From positions 28,026,001-28,090,000 of the forward strand of contig NC_045705.1 of the NCBI RefSeq assembly GCF_009834535.1: a stretch of DNA of 64,000 nt, written 5' to 3'. Each line of letters begins with the position of its first letter. The stretch's first letter is position 1. A model generated the notes under the pieces. It did not search any database, was not told the origin of the DNA, and saw nothing but the letters and a program-made list of their open reading frames with translations. Below are positions 38,486 through 50,341 of this stretch, piece by piece. The translations under genes and the position numbers were made by a program. The stretch is from Camelus ferus. Its lineage: Eukaryota.

Positions 38486-40949
38486 CTTGCTCCAGGCCTT
38501 TGGGACAGCGTTGAAACCTTATTGGCTTCATTTGTGCTCAGGCAGCCACGTGTCAGAGGGGTGCTGGGCTGCCTAGTGCCATTTCCTCCTTTCTGTCTTT
38601 AGGGTGAATGTTTCCTCATCTTCTAGGGTCAGTTTAGTGCTTCCTCTAAATTCTTACCTGAGGTGTCCCCCAAGGGAGTCTCTAGATGTCATAGCCCTTT
38701 GGTGTTATTCCGATTTGCAGCTTCCCATCAATACTGGGTACACTGGGGAGGATAGGGCTTTCGAGAATCCTGAATTTTATATATGGAGCTATCCTACTCT
38801 CCCCTTTCCCCCTTCTTTGACACCAGTCATTTTAATGCTAAGCGCTCCAGCCTGCTCGGTAGAACGAGTTGTATTTTGGTAGCAAGGAAATCAACAAAGC
38901 ATTCATGGGAGGTAAAGGCATCAGTTGTGCCATTTTTTCATTCTGATGAATCTGTTGTATTCAAGCCATTAATTTAATACTTTTTAAACCATCTACTGAG
39001 AGTCCTGCATCTACTAAGCAGGATCTTAAAGGTCCATTGGTAGGTGACCTATAAGCAGTGTGACCAGAAGCTGCAAGTGTTTCAGTGACAAAAGGGAATC
39101 TTAGGCTTTGTGAGCATAGACGAGCAGTATCTAAAATTCTGTCAACACACAAGACTGTCTCTTCCTTTTTTCCGCATCTGGTTTCCTTCAAAGATCTTTT
39201 CTCCATACTCTCTGCCTCTTGATTTGCTGCAACTAGAAGCTACTACAAAAACATATTAGCATTTGGTTTACTTTGATAAACTTTTATTTTTCCTTAATCA
39301 TGAATGATAGATTATGTAATTTCATTAATGACTGCCTTCCTTCACAGGAATTCATTCAAGGTTTAAACTTAGAATGAATTTGGTGAAAAAAATAAGTGCT
39401 GAACTGTTAGTGAGGAAAGTACAAGTGTCCTGTTTCTTTGGGAACACATGAGAATGCTGAAGTAGAAGACGATCTCATATTGATTCTGACCAAGGGGATC
39501 AAAAATGTGGGATCTCAATGAAGCTCAGTTAAAAAGTATTGTTTTTTTCTCTGGTGGTGTGTTAAGTCTGCACATTTTTTGGTCCAGGAGTATTTATCAG
39601 CTGGCTTCCCCTTCCACTCTATCCCACATACTGTTTCCTGGGTGATCTTGTTAAAAACAAGTCTGATAACAGTTGCTTTGCTTCCTAGCCCTCCAGGGGC
39701 TGCCTGTAGTGTTTAGCATTGAATTCAGACCCCACAAGGCCATCACCTCTCTTGTCACTGTATCATCCCACTCTGCGTTCTGGCTGGAGTGGACGTTGTA
39801 GTGGCCGGTGTGTGCTCTGCCCTCTGCAATGCCCACGACTGGCCCCTCTGCCAGCCTGCCCTCTCCCCAACTCCTCTCCCCAACTCCTCTCCATGTCCAC
39901 ACTCCGCATCTCTCTGCCCCGTTCACACCTGAGCCTGTGGACCCCGTCCATCTTTCAGGGCTTCTGTCACACTTCACCTGCCCTGGGAAGCCTTATCTCG
40001 GCTGCTGGTATGTTTGGTTATGCCTTCCCTTCTGCCCTCTTATTTCTTATTATATATGTCTGGCTGGGACTCTCTGGCCTGGAACTGTCCCCGTTCCAGT
40101 GTATTCTTGAGAACAGGCTTTTGATTGTGTTTGTCTGTGTGTTGCTAATGGCACATGTAATTCCAGGCACACTAGAGACCTGCCATTTCCTGGCATCGCA
40201 GAGACTGGCTGTGCATGTCCATGCTTTGTGATACACAGCCCTCTGTTTTAAGGCTTTTCAAGCTTCTTCTGTTGCTCCCATATACCTCTGGTCTTGAATT
40301 TTCAAACTCAGTATTTAAAGGGTTTCCCAGCTAATGTTCTAATGCCAAGTTTCAGTTTCTTCTAACTTTGGAAGGAAAGTTCTCTTTTTAGGTCTGCCTC
40401 CATGTGAAGGTCCAACAGATTGCTCTTTGGGGAGAGGAAGAGAGTAGGTTTCTCAAATTCTAGGTTGTTTTATATTCATTGCTAATTAATCATTTTGTCT
40501 TTGCTTTTCAACCCCCTTCTTTCCTATAATTATGTACAGGCATTTAAAATTTCCTCCATGAATTCAGATTTGCCAATATACAAGCATTTCCTGGAAATGC
40601 AAGTAAGTAGCAACAAGTGATACAAGTGTCCTGGAGGTGAATTTTGACTCTGTCTGTTGAGGATAAGAAGTACATTCTCGTAAATCTTATCAAAATTGTG
40701 CTCTGTTGGTAAGAACTCTCTGTTCTCATTATAAACCCAGGCAAAATTATGCTTAACTCTTTCAAAGGGCAAAATCATAAGTGATCTGACTGGCTAGTTA
40801 GTGGGCCCCAGTACCCGATTCCTTCTGTGTGCCCCGTACCAACTTGCTGTTAATGCTGAGCAGGTAAGAAATTGCTAAGACTAAGATGGCATCCTAAAAC
40901 AACACTTCTTGAACTCTTATTCTGTAAAACTTTCACAAACCGTCTTGTT

Positions 40950-41850
40950 TTTTTTAAAAAACTTTTGATTTGGAAATAATTTCAAGTCTACAGAGAACTC
41001 GTAAGAATAAGAATAGTACAAAAGACACCCCAATACTCTACCCAGATTCACTTATTGTTAACATTTTACTCCATTTGTTTTATCATTGGGAAGTGAGCTG
41101 CATACATCATGTTTCCTTACCTCTAAATCCTTTAGTGTGTATTTCCAAAGAATAAGGATATCCTTTTAGATAACCACAATTCAGTTACCAACTTTAGAAT
41201 TAACATTGTAGTATTTTTTTTTAATTTTTTGGGGGGGTGGTAATTACGTTTGTATGTATGTTTGTTTATTTAATGGAAGTACTGGGGATGGAACCCAGGA
41301 CTTTATGCATGCTAAGCATGTGCTCTACCACTGAGCTAGCTATATCCTCCCCTGATGTAGTATTTTTGTCTAATCTGCCCTTTGTATTCCAATTTTTGAC
41401 TCCATGGTGTCCTCTATAGCATTTTTTTAATCCTCCTGTAAAGAATTCAATCTAGGACCAGGTATTATACAGCTTTCCTGTCTCTTTAGTTCCCTTTAAT
41501 CTGGAATACATCCACGGCTCCTTTTAATCAAACATTCCTCATTTGGGATTTCTCTGATGATTCCTCATGGTTAGATTCAGGTTATGCTTTCCTGGCCAAA
41601 ATTACATATGTGACATCGTATCTGTCTCAGGGCATCGCATTCAGAGACACATGATACCCACCTGCCCCTCACTGGTGATGTTGATTTTGAGCCTTCATTC
41701 GAGTTACCCAGTTTCTCTGCTCTGTCATTACTGTTCTTCCCCCTTGCACTAATGAGCTACTTGTGGGGAGACACTTTGAAGACCATGCAGATGTCCTGCT
41801 CCCTATTACAGTTTTCTCTACATTTAGCATCAAGCAATGATTCTTCACAA
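40950..41850 (-). mobile_element. Old L1 3' end (L1MC-like), interrupted by a SINE
   Basis: tttggaaataatttcaagtctacag...acccagattcacttattgttaacatttt...ggttagattcaggttatgc. Confidence 0.65.
41219..41352 (-). mobile_element. tRNA-Ala-derived SINE (Vic-1 type)
   Basis: Same family; TSD tgtagtattttt at 41207-41218 and 41356-41367. Confidence 0.85.
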
Positions 41851-43963
41851 ATCTGGCTTATGAAGAGCTTTTTGATGCTAAAGAATTTATGAAGCCCTGC
41901 CCAGATATTTAGCCACTTCAAACCAAGAAGTCACAGCTCTCTCAGTCCAGGCTGTGGTTTTATGCAGACTGCATTTATGACTGCTGTGCTCAGAGGCAGT
42001 GAGGGAAGGATGCCGAGCCCAGAGTCAACCAACCAAGGTTTTAGCTCTGATGTCCCCATAGAAAGCTGCTTCATTACTGTGAGACTCAGCCTCCCCCTTC
42101 AGCAGGTGGGGACACATGATGTAGCATCTGTAAAAACACTGAAAACTGTGAAATGGGAAGAAAGAAATTTGCATTTATTTACTGTCTACAACATGCCTCA
42201 TATTTTCACCTACTTTGTTATCCTGTTTGAGACAGACATTAACCTAGTCCCATTTTACGAATGGGAAGCTAACAATCAATAGGAATCATGTAACTTGCCT
42301 CAGGTCAGTGCAGCTCACCAGCCAGCGCAGCGCCTGCCCCTGGCCAGCTCTTTAGTGAGGCAGGGAGGAGGCCAAGGGAATCAGACACAGTCCCTGTCCT
42401 CAAGGCACCCACAGAGAGAGAAGACAGAGATTTAAACACATGACAATGACAAGGGATACTAAGTCCAAAACTAGAAGCATATATCGTGTTCCACATGCCC
42501 TCAGTCAAGAAACACTGAGAAGGAGCTAGCAGGGAGCTGGGGACGCAATGGCAGAAAGACAGATGGAGTCCCTGCTGTGGCAGAGTTGATGTTTAGTGGG
42601 AAGGAGACAGATAATAAATAAGCAAATACAGGACTGAGATGGTTTTACATAGTGTCAGCCCTGTGAAGAACCTAAAGGCAGCTGCTATGTTGGGGAATGT
42701 GGGAAGGAGTAGGAAATTTACCCATCTGTGTTGGTGATGTGGGTTTGGATAACACCAAGGTCTGTGCTCTTTCTGCAATGCCTTCTTGCTTCTCCTTGGG
42801 TGTTACTCGGCATCTTGGTTTTCTTCCCTGGAGCTGGGAAGCCAGGTCTCTGGAAGCACTCTCAACAAGGAGATTATTTGCTAACTAAAACCATCCCGTA
42901 AAGTTTAGTTGACCTGACTCTCTACCCGAGGAAAGATGAGGAGGCAAGTGGAGACCACCCAGACCCAGAGAAGGCGGGTATTAATTCGGTTAAAAATGTA
43001 GCTTTAAATCAGCTTAAATTTAGAAAACAAATAGGATGAATTGAGAAGAGGGAGAAAACAAAATTCAAGTTTATTTTTTAAATGAAAGAAGATATTCCTA
43101 TTTTATGTTTTGGTAAAACATTCTATTGCTCAGAGTAATCATATAGATCTACCAGGCTTCACAGAGCTAGAAAGCCAAACATGGAGACATGGCTGTCAGG
43201 ATTGCAAAGCAAATGTAAGTCCTCATCCATTCTTCTCATTAGTTGCCAGTGACAATAAAAGAAGGTAATGGAGTGTATCTTTAGTGCAAACAGAGTCTAA
43301 ATACAGAGAACTATAAAGCAACAGAAAGATTCCCCCAGGATATATTCATATCTGGTCAACTGCACCAACGTAATGGCTTAAGAATAAAATTAGTCCTGTT
43401 GGGATCATTGGACCCAGATCCCTTCCAACTAGGTGAAGCCCCATTTTTTATCAGTGATGATGTCTTTTTTTTTTCTTGGCCTTTTACAACAGTGTTGTAC
43501 CACAAGCACTAAAAACCTAAGATGTCCTTTAATCCTTCAAACCACATTAAATCTGTATCCAGAAAGGACTCAGATATCCGGGTGGCTACCTCAGTCATTT
43601 TGTATAGGTTCTTACACCTCTTATAGGATATAAAAATTCAGCCAAGTTTTTCTTTCCAAATTCATTCTGAAAAATATAAATCTTAGAAAACTTAGAAAAT
43701 AATTGCTGAGTTCAAATCCCATACTCTTTAACTGATAGTATGTTATTTAATCCTCATAATACAATAGGGAAGATGCTTTATCCTCCAGTGAAGCTCAGCA
43801 TTTTGCTCAAGATCTCACAGCTCATAAGTGGTCAAGTGGAATCTGAATCCAAGTCTGTCTGACTTCAGAACTGATGTTTTTTCCACCTGTACCCTGCTTA
43901 TTCTTTCCATCAGGAAATCCTACTGACTTTAGTTTATCCTTTAAATATATCCACTTTCTGGCA

Positions 43964-44080
43964 GGGGAAGCAGAGGGCATAGCTCAGTGGTGGAGTACAT
44001 GTTTAGCATGCACGAGGTCCTAGGTTCAATCCCCAGTACCTCCATTTAAAAAGTAAATAAATAAGCCTAATTTAAAAAAA
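43964..44080 (+). mobile_element. tRNA-Ala-derived SINE (Vic-1 type)
   Basis: tagctcagtggtggagtacatgtttagcatgcacgaggtcctaggttcaatccccagtacctcc; flanked by atccactt(t)ctg. Confidence 0.85.
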
Positions 44081-44089
44081 ATCCACTTC

Positions 44090-44575
44090 TGATGACTGCC
44101 ATTCCTACTACTCTAATTTGAGCCACCATGACCTCTTGTCCTGGACACTTGGGGGTGCCTACGCTCAGCCTTGCCTGTAGCTCCCACAGTTTGCTCCTAA
44201 CAGTCAGAGTGATCTCTTTAAAGCACAGTCCAGATCATTTCTCTCCCTTCACTGAGACCTTTGCTTATGTGTAACCACGTCACATATATGTCACCATATC
44301 ACAGAGGGCTTTCTTGATCACCTACAGGATCAGCTTCCATCACCTCCTTCCTTTACTCAGGTTTATTTTTCTTCCTTTTTATCATCACCTGCCAATGTCG
44401 TATACATTCTTTTACCATTTGTTTGTGGTCTGTGTACATCCACCCCCTAGTGCCCCCACCCCCATTAAAATGTAAGCTCTGTAAGATTAGGGACTTTATT
44501 TTTGTTCATAAATGTATTACAAGTGCCTAAAACAGTGTTCTAGTAGGTGCTCAGGAAATCCTTGTTAAATACATG
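44090..44575 (+). mobile_element. L2 fragment
   Basis: cagagtgatctctttaaag...tgtaagctctgtaagattagggact...gtaggtgctcagg. Confidence 0.6.
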
Positions 44576-47500
44576 CCTTCAGTGAGGTAACACTGTTTTC
44601 CCTCTTGTTCCTTGAATGTTAACATCTGAATTCCACATACTTGGAAGTAGGTCATTTGTAAGACTATCAGGCAGCCAGGATGGATCAAGGATTTTCTTTG
44701 TGCAGAGCCCAGCATTTTAACTCCTTCATTCTGGGCTCAGGTGCCCGGGTTTATATCTAATGTTACTATGGGGCCTTTGCTCAGTGCCATAGAATCAGAG
44801 ATCTCAGCACCATCAGAATGACTTCTTTTTCCTAACATTTTCTAGGAAGTCCAAGGGTTTTTACCAGTGAGACAATCAAGGGCCCTTTTGTGGAAATGCT
44901 CATTTCATGGTCTACAAACTCCAAAACTAGGATCTATGTATATAATTGTTCAGGTTTCCTGGAGGATATCAGATCCTGAAATGGAGGGTGAACACATGGA
45001 CTTAAGGAGAAAAGATTCCCTGAAACACCATCAGAGCCGCAGCCTCAGCCTTAGAAGCGTGTGGCAGCTTCCCTGGTGAACTTAGTGCTCATAAGACAGA
45101 TTAGACACCATGTCGGGAATTCTATATTGTGCAAATAGACTGGAGCCTGGCATCCTCTGGATCCACGTTTCCCAAAGCATGGTTCTGAGTTGTTCGGGTC
45201 ATTTTTCAATTCGAGAAGGCATGCTTGGTGCACAGATGACAACATGAAAGACACTCCACCAGCAGAAGCTAGAAGGTTCAGTGTTTGAGTCTTGAACACC
45301 TGCCTCGCAGCATCAGGCATCCATCTTTCCCCGACTCTGTGACATTAAGTTGTAGGAACCTTCCTGTTCTGAACCAAGGCCCCCTAAACTGTTTCCTAAA
45401 GACTAGATACCTAAGCAGGCTACTCAGTGGGTGAGGTAAAGGACTCTGAGTTTGTCTCCAGGGATTTTTTTTTTTTAGTAGACTGAGCAAAGGCAAAACA
45501 TCCAGAGCTTTGCTTTATGGCCTAGTGAACCATTTTCAGTTTGGGATTCTAAGTGTGAAGACCAGGGCACTTGCCTGTATCTGAAGCTGTCAAGGTTCAG
45601 GTTGTCTCCAAGCTGGCAATATTTTTAATGGCAAATTGTTGAGCTTCAGCAACTTTTAAAATTTCTTCTGCCCCAAGTACTTCCTATAAGTTTGAGAATC
45701 CTCTGACCTGTTCACTGTAATGTTTCCCCACGTAGGTGGGAAAAATGGATTATCATTTATTGGGTTTTTGTTTAACTGTTGAAGGATGTAGCTAGGATGA
45801 TATTTTGTCATATATTTCTTTTACATAACTTGAAACACTGCTTTTTAAATTCTGGGCAAGTTACTAAGACCTATAAGTTTGCCTTTGTTTAGATAGATAA
45901 TCTTTCTTAAGCTTCAGAATATCTAAAATTTTTGGTTTAAATTCTCATATGACATTGTCAACTTCCCGGTGTAATTAACTTTCTGGACTGCAGCAGTAGA
46001 AAGGGACCCCTGTACAATATTCAGTGTTGTCCAAAATGAACTATTCTGTTGCTAACTTATTCAATACATCTTCTTTGCTCCCCCGGTCCATGCTAGGCAC
46101 TGTTCTAAGCACTGGCAGTATCACGGTGAAAAAGACCATGTCACCACAGAGCTTATGCTGTAGAAACGGATACTGTCAGTGATTGGATGTAATTTTTTGA
46201 GCTGTTTAGCCTTACTCCTGCCACTGCTTCCCACGTTTCCGATGTCTGAACCGTACTGAACTACACGTGGTTCCCTGAGAACAGCGTGCTCTCCTATGTC
46301 TCCTTTTCTTTGGTCCTGCTGTCCCCATTACCGAAAATGTTCTGCCCTTATTTGTTTAGCTAGCAGACTCCCCACTTTATAAAGACTTAGCTGAAAAGTT
46401 ACTTCATCTCTGAATCCTTTCCATCCTCTGTGAGGCCATATTAACTGCCTTGATTTTAAACCACTGTGGAAATAAATATCCTCTCCAGAATAGAACTGAC
46501 AGGCGTCTCTTGTCCCCACCTCCAGAGCCAGGACCTTCTCTAGACTAGGGGGATGGTTTAGCTGAATGGTGAGTTAACGTGTGGCGCCATCAAGTGGTTC
46601 AGCCAGGCAGTGCGACTCAATTCTTCTACAGGGTCAAAACAGTCCGATTTATGCCAGAGCGAGCGAGCAGGAGGGAGAAAGGATTGTAATACAATTATGT
46701 AATCAGAAGGTATCATTACTAGACCACCTTTATGTTGAGATGCTCAAAACTGTACAGTACTCTTGGCAGGCCTATGGTCTATAGATGGGAAGGGTTTTGT
46801 TTTTTTTTTTTAATCTTTTTTTGTAACCAGGAACTCTGAGACACAGAGATGTGGCATGGTTTTCTTATATTCCTTCATTATTTGAGTCAGAGTATATGCA
46901 TAAACTCTTTGCTTTGTTTGCTACTCAGGTCGATGAACAAACTTTTCTTTCCCTACCCATTGGTAGACCCTCCTTAAGCTCGGCCTTTCATGCTGTGTGT
47001 TAGGCTGAGCTCTCTCTTTGGTTTGTGCTCTCACATACTGGATCCTTGTATAAGCATGGTTTTAAAATTAAAGACCTTTTTGACAAAAAAAAATTGCTCT
47101 TTAAGTAAGGGATAAATGAATAGTAATTTCAATAAACAAATTCTTTAAAGTCTAAAAGTCACCTAATCAAAATTGGCCCTGGTATTGAAGTACTTTGGGG
47201 AAGTTAACTTACTTTGTGTAGGTTTGTGGCTGCAGGGACTAAGAGAAAGATGGAGAGGGACAGTGAGGAGGCCCTTGGGTTCATGGTTCTTAACAGGTAG
47301 GCTGAAGTTTGTATGGATTTAAAAAAAAAAAGTTTCAGCCCACCTGTTAAGGAGGGTGACTCACACTTGGAAGTGGGAAAAATACAAAACCAAACCAAAG
47401 AGATACAGGAACTCCCCAGCTCTCAGCAGGAAGGAAGTCTACAGTCTAGAACACATCTTAATTTTATTTCTGCTTCTAGTAATGAAGTTCTTGATTTTGA

Positions 47501-48450
47501 CCACCATGTGTTGAAACAGATCCTCTTTAATAGATGTTTCATTGTAATTTACACCTCTGGCCTCTCACACGTGGCAGACAGTACATTCACTCCTTGGTGT
47601 GCAACTATGCCCAAGTTATTTCAAACTAGAGAAGGAACCTTGTGAGTCATGACTCAGGTGCTGTTGTAATAGGGATTCCTTACATTCTGTGTTGAAGTGT
47701 ATCCAAAATGTAGCAAGTGTAAGAAAAAAAGAACAGAGTGAGGTTCCTCTAAAAGGTAGCGTCCAGATTTGTCCTCCCACACTAGTCAAGCTGTTTCTAT
47801 AACGTTATCCTGTCTCCCCCAACAAAGAAAAAAGTTAAATAAAAAAAAAAAGGGAGGTGATCCTGTCATATCAATAGCAAAGTTTAGAAAACTCAGAAGC
47901 AGAATGGTAAGAAACTAGGGAGGAAATGTGGTAGCCCAAAGCTGCAAACGAGAAATGTTTATTTTAGAGGGACCAAAGCTGTTAGAATAAGCTTAATAAC
48001 TGTAAATTATGGAGAAAATTAATATAATGTCTTTAGGGGGGTAAAATGTCAAAAATCTCCTGGGTGGTGGTTCTCTAACTATTATGCTGAGTCAGAGTGG
48101 AAAGCATCCTGTCCTGAATCCCTGCTCTCTAGATTTGTTTAACGCTTTCTTTTTAAAGGCTCAAAAAAAGGTACATTTCTGCTTATTTTTAATACTTTCT
48201 CTAGTCTCCAGCTCTGTTGTGTTGGTAGATTGGTTTTTTACGGTTTGTTTTAACGCTGTCATTTGTTCTATCAAGGTAGTTTTAGATAATTGCTTCTCTT
48301 TTCTTCTCTCTCTCTCTAAAGATACAAACTTTAGATTTCTTCAGAGTGTTTCTGCCACTAAGAACAGTAAAGCATCACTGTGAATTCTGAGTTTGTGACC
48401 TTCCTAATTAATGGCATGGTTTTGGGGGGTGGGGTATGTTGTCTTTCCAG

Positions 48451-48600
48451 AGTGTCCTCCCCTACTTTGTTGCTACAAAACTGGCTAACATCCGAAGGCC
48501 AACTTGGGATAAGCCCTCTCCAGAGGTGTTTGTGAAGTCTGCAATTAAAACCGTCGGCGTGCAGTCCCGAACCAACGGCTACCTGATCCATTCTCTTATG
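48451..48600 (+). CDS. HSD17B12: HSD17B12 coding exon (exon 10 equivalent), SVLPYFVATKLANIRRPTWDKPSPEVFVKSAIKTVGVQSRTNGYLIHSLM
   Basis: gtctttccag| acceptor, |gtatgt donor, 150 nt; visible in ORF 48436..48636. Confidence 0.97.
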
Positions 48601-48863
48601 GTATGTAGATCTGTAAGTCCCAAATCAGCACTCTGAATCACATCGAATCACAAAATAGTATGTGATACATTAGCTTGTATACGTTATCTAGACTTAATAA
48701 CAAGGCATCTGTGTTTTATTTTATTTTAAACAGTACACCCAAGAACTCTAAAATCTACCTATAAATGAAACAATAATACAGTAAAACTTAATAAGAGCGT
48801 ATGTTTCAAATGACTTCAAATTATAGGCCTTAATTACATGTCTCCCCACTTCTTTCCCTATAG

Positions 48864-48968
48864 GCCTCAGTCATCTCAATCCTGCCTTCCTGGCTGTATT
48901 TTAAAATGGCCATGAATATAGGCACTTCCATGCGGGCTCGCTATCTGAAGAAAAACAAGAAGAACTGA
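48864..48968 (+). CDS. HSD17B12: HSD17B12 last coding exon (exon 11 equivalent), ASVISILPSWLYFKMAMNIGTSMRARYLKKNKKN*
   Basis: tctttccctatag| acceptor; 105 nt to TGA; C-terminal KxKxx ER-retrieval motif. Confidence 0.96.
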   Translation, partial: ASVISILPSWLYFKMAMNIGTSMRARYLKKNKKN

Positions 48969-50117
48969 GAATTGATAATTGAATGGAGGAACTTGGCCAG
49001 ATGCTCCAGCCTAGGCATGTTCACAGCAAGGCACCCACCATCTCCAGATCTTCATTTGTCATGTTAATAGTTGCTGATAAAGCTAAAAGTTGTCATAATT
49101 GGGCGGACAGCAGAAGTTGCTTTTAGGAGTTCCTGACATATATTCTGGGAGCTACTAGGAGTTATTTTGAAGTTTAACATAAATACTCATATCAAATGGC
49201 TATAAAACTAACATTAAGAAGAACTGCTTAATAGGAAGGAACACAATGATGGCAAATCACAGAATGATAGAGTCAGACATAAGGCTCAAGAGTTTCATCT
49301 GGTCCCAAATGCCAGTCATGATGATTCTTGTATTTTCTCCAAAACATAGTTTAAAAAGTATGTTTTAAAATTGCCAGCTACTCTCTTTTTGCTTTTAACA
49401 CTTTGAGGGAGTGGAGATATTAACTGATTCACTTATGGGAGGACATACTCAATTTGCATAGCTCTTGGTAAGGTTTTCTGAAAGTATGTCTCTGTTTATA
49501 CATTTATATGGCACTTCTTCTTTCTCAAGGGTAGCTAATGATGTAAAAATAATGAAGAAATATGGAGTTATTTTTGACACAGGAAACCCACTAAAAAATG
49601 CTTTCCTCTAATACGTATGTCTTCTCAGTTTAAATGTATATAAATGATGAATGCTATATGGTATGACTTATAAAGGTAAACAGGCCAAAATGTACATTGA
49701 GATGGGCAGACCCCACGGTGCCACTAAAACCCTGACCCAAGAAAGTGGCCTGCTTGGACCCCAGCTGTGGTTTTTCTGCACTGCATCAAGATTACTCACA
49801 TATGTGACAGCAGACTACTTGTAGAACAATGATGGCATTATACTTTTAAATTGGTGCCCTATAGATATCGACATAATTAGTTTTAAAAAATGATATAACC
49901 ATGGTATTGATTGCGAATATATTTCTTTGGTGTTTGAAATTAAGGCCATTTTTACACTGGTTTAATATAAATTAAGACTTACTTTAATCCTGCTACATAA
50001 CTTGTTTGGGGAAATTGCTCAGAAGTAACTCAGTGTTGTGTAACATGCAATATAGAAGGTAGGTCTTTGCCTAGGCTGTGGTTCCCAGGCTCTGAGTTTA
50101 GGTACCAGTAAATTTGC

Positions 50118-50140
50118 AAAAAAAAAAAAAAAAAAAAAAA
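50118..50140 (+). repeat. A23 homopolymer in the 3'UTR
   Basis: Direct read. Confidence 0.9.
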
Positions 50141-50335
50141 GGAAAGAGAAAATTAATTAGTGTGCTGAAGTGTTTCTACTGTTTCTAGCTTTTAAACTTG
50201 CCCGCTAAGGACATAAAACAAAAACAGAAAAACTCAAATTTACCATCTGCTATTGGCATCATTATATAAAAGGCATTTAGCACCCTCAAAATAGGAAGAA
50301 CATCATCTGAGAATGAAGAATAGTCATTTAAATTG

Positions 50336-50341
50336 AATAAA
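50336..50341 (+). terminator. Probable polyadenylation signal AATAAA
   Basis: Canonical hexamer ~1.37 kb after the stop, followed by CA dinucleotides ~18 nt later and a T-rich element (gcctttttctctcattttcttg). Confidence 0.6.

Noticed and set aside
39719..40231. Longest ORF in the track (170 aa) and overlapping ORFs
   Set aside because: Low-complexity Pro/Leu/Ser peptide in pyrimidine-rich, L2-like intronic DNA with a 13-bp tandem repeat; no recognisable domain
43964..44045. tRNA-Ala-like sequence (and four similar copies) as real tRNA genes
   Set aside because: Mutated stems, A-rich tails and TSDs mark them as SINEs
50107..50140. AGTAAA plus A23 as the mRNA end
   Set aside because: The hexamer is only 5 nt from a genome-encoded A-run; more likely an oligo-dT internal-priming artefact site
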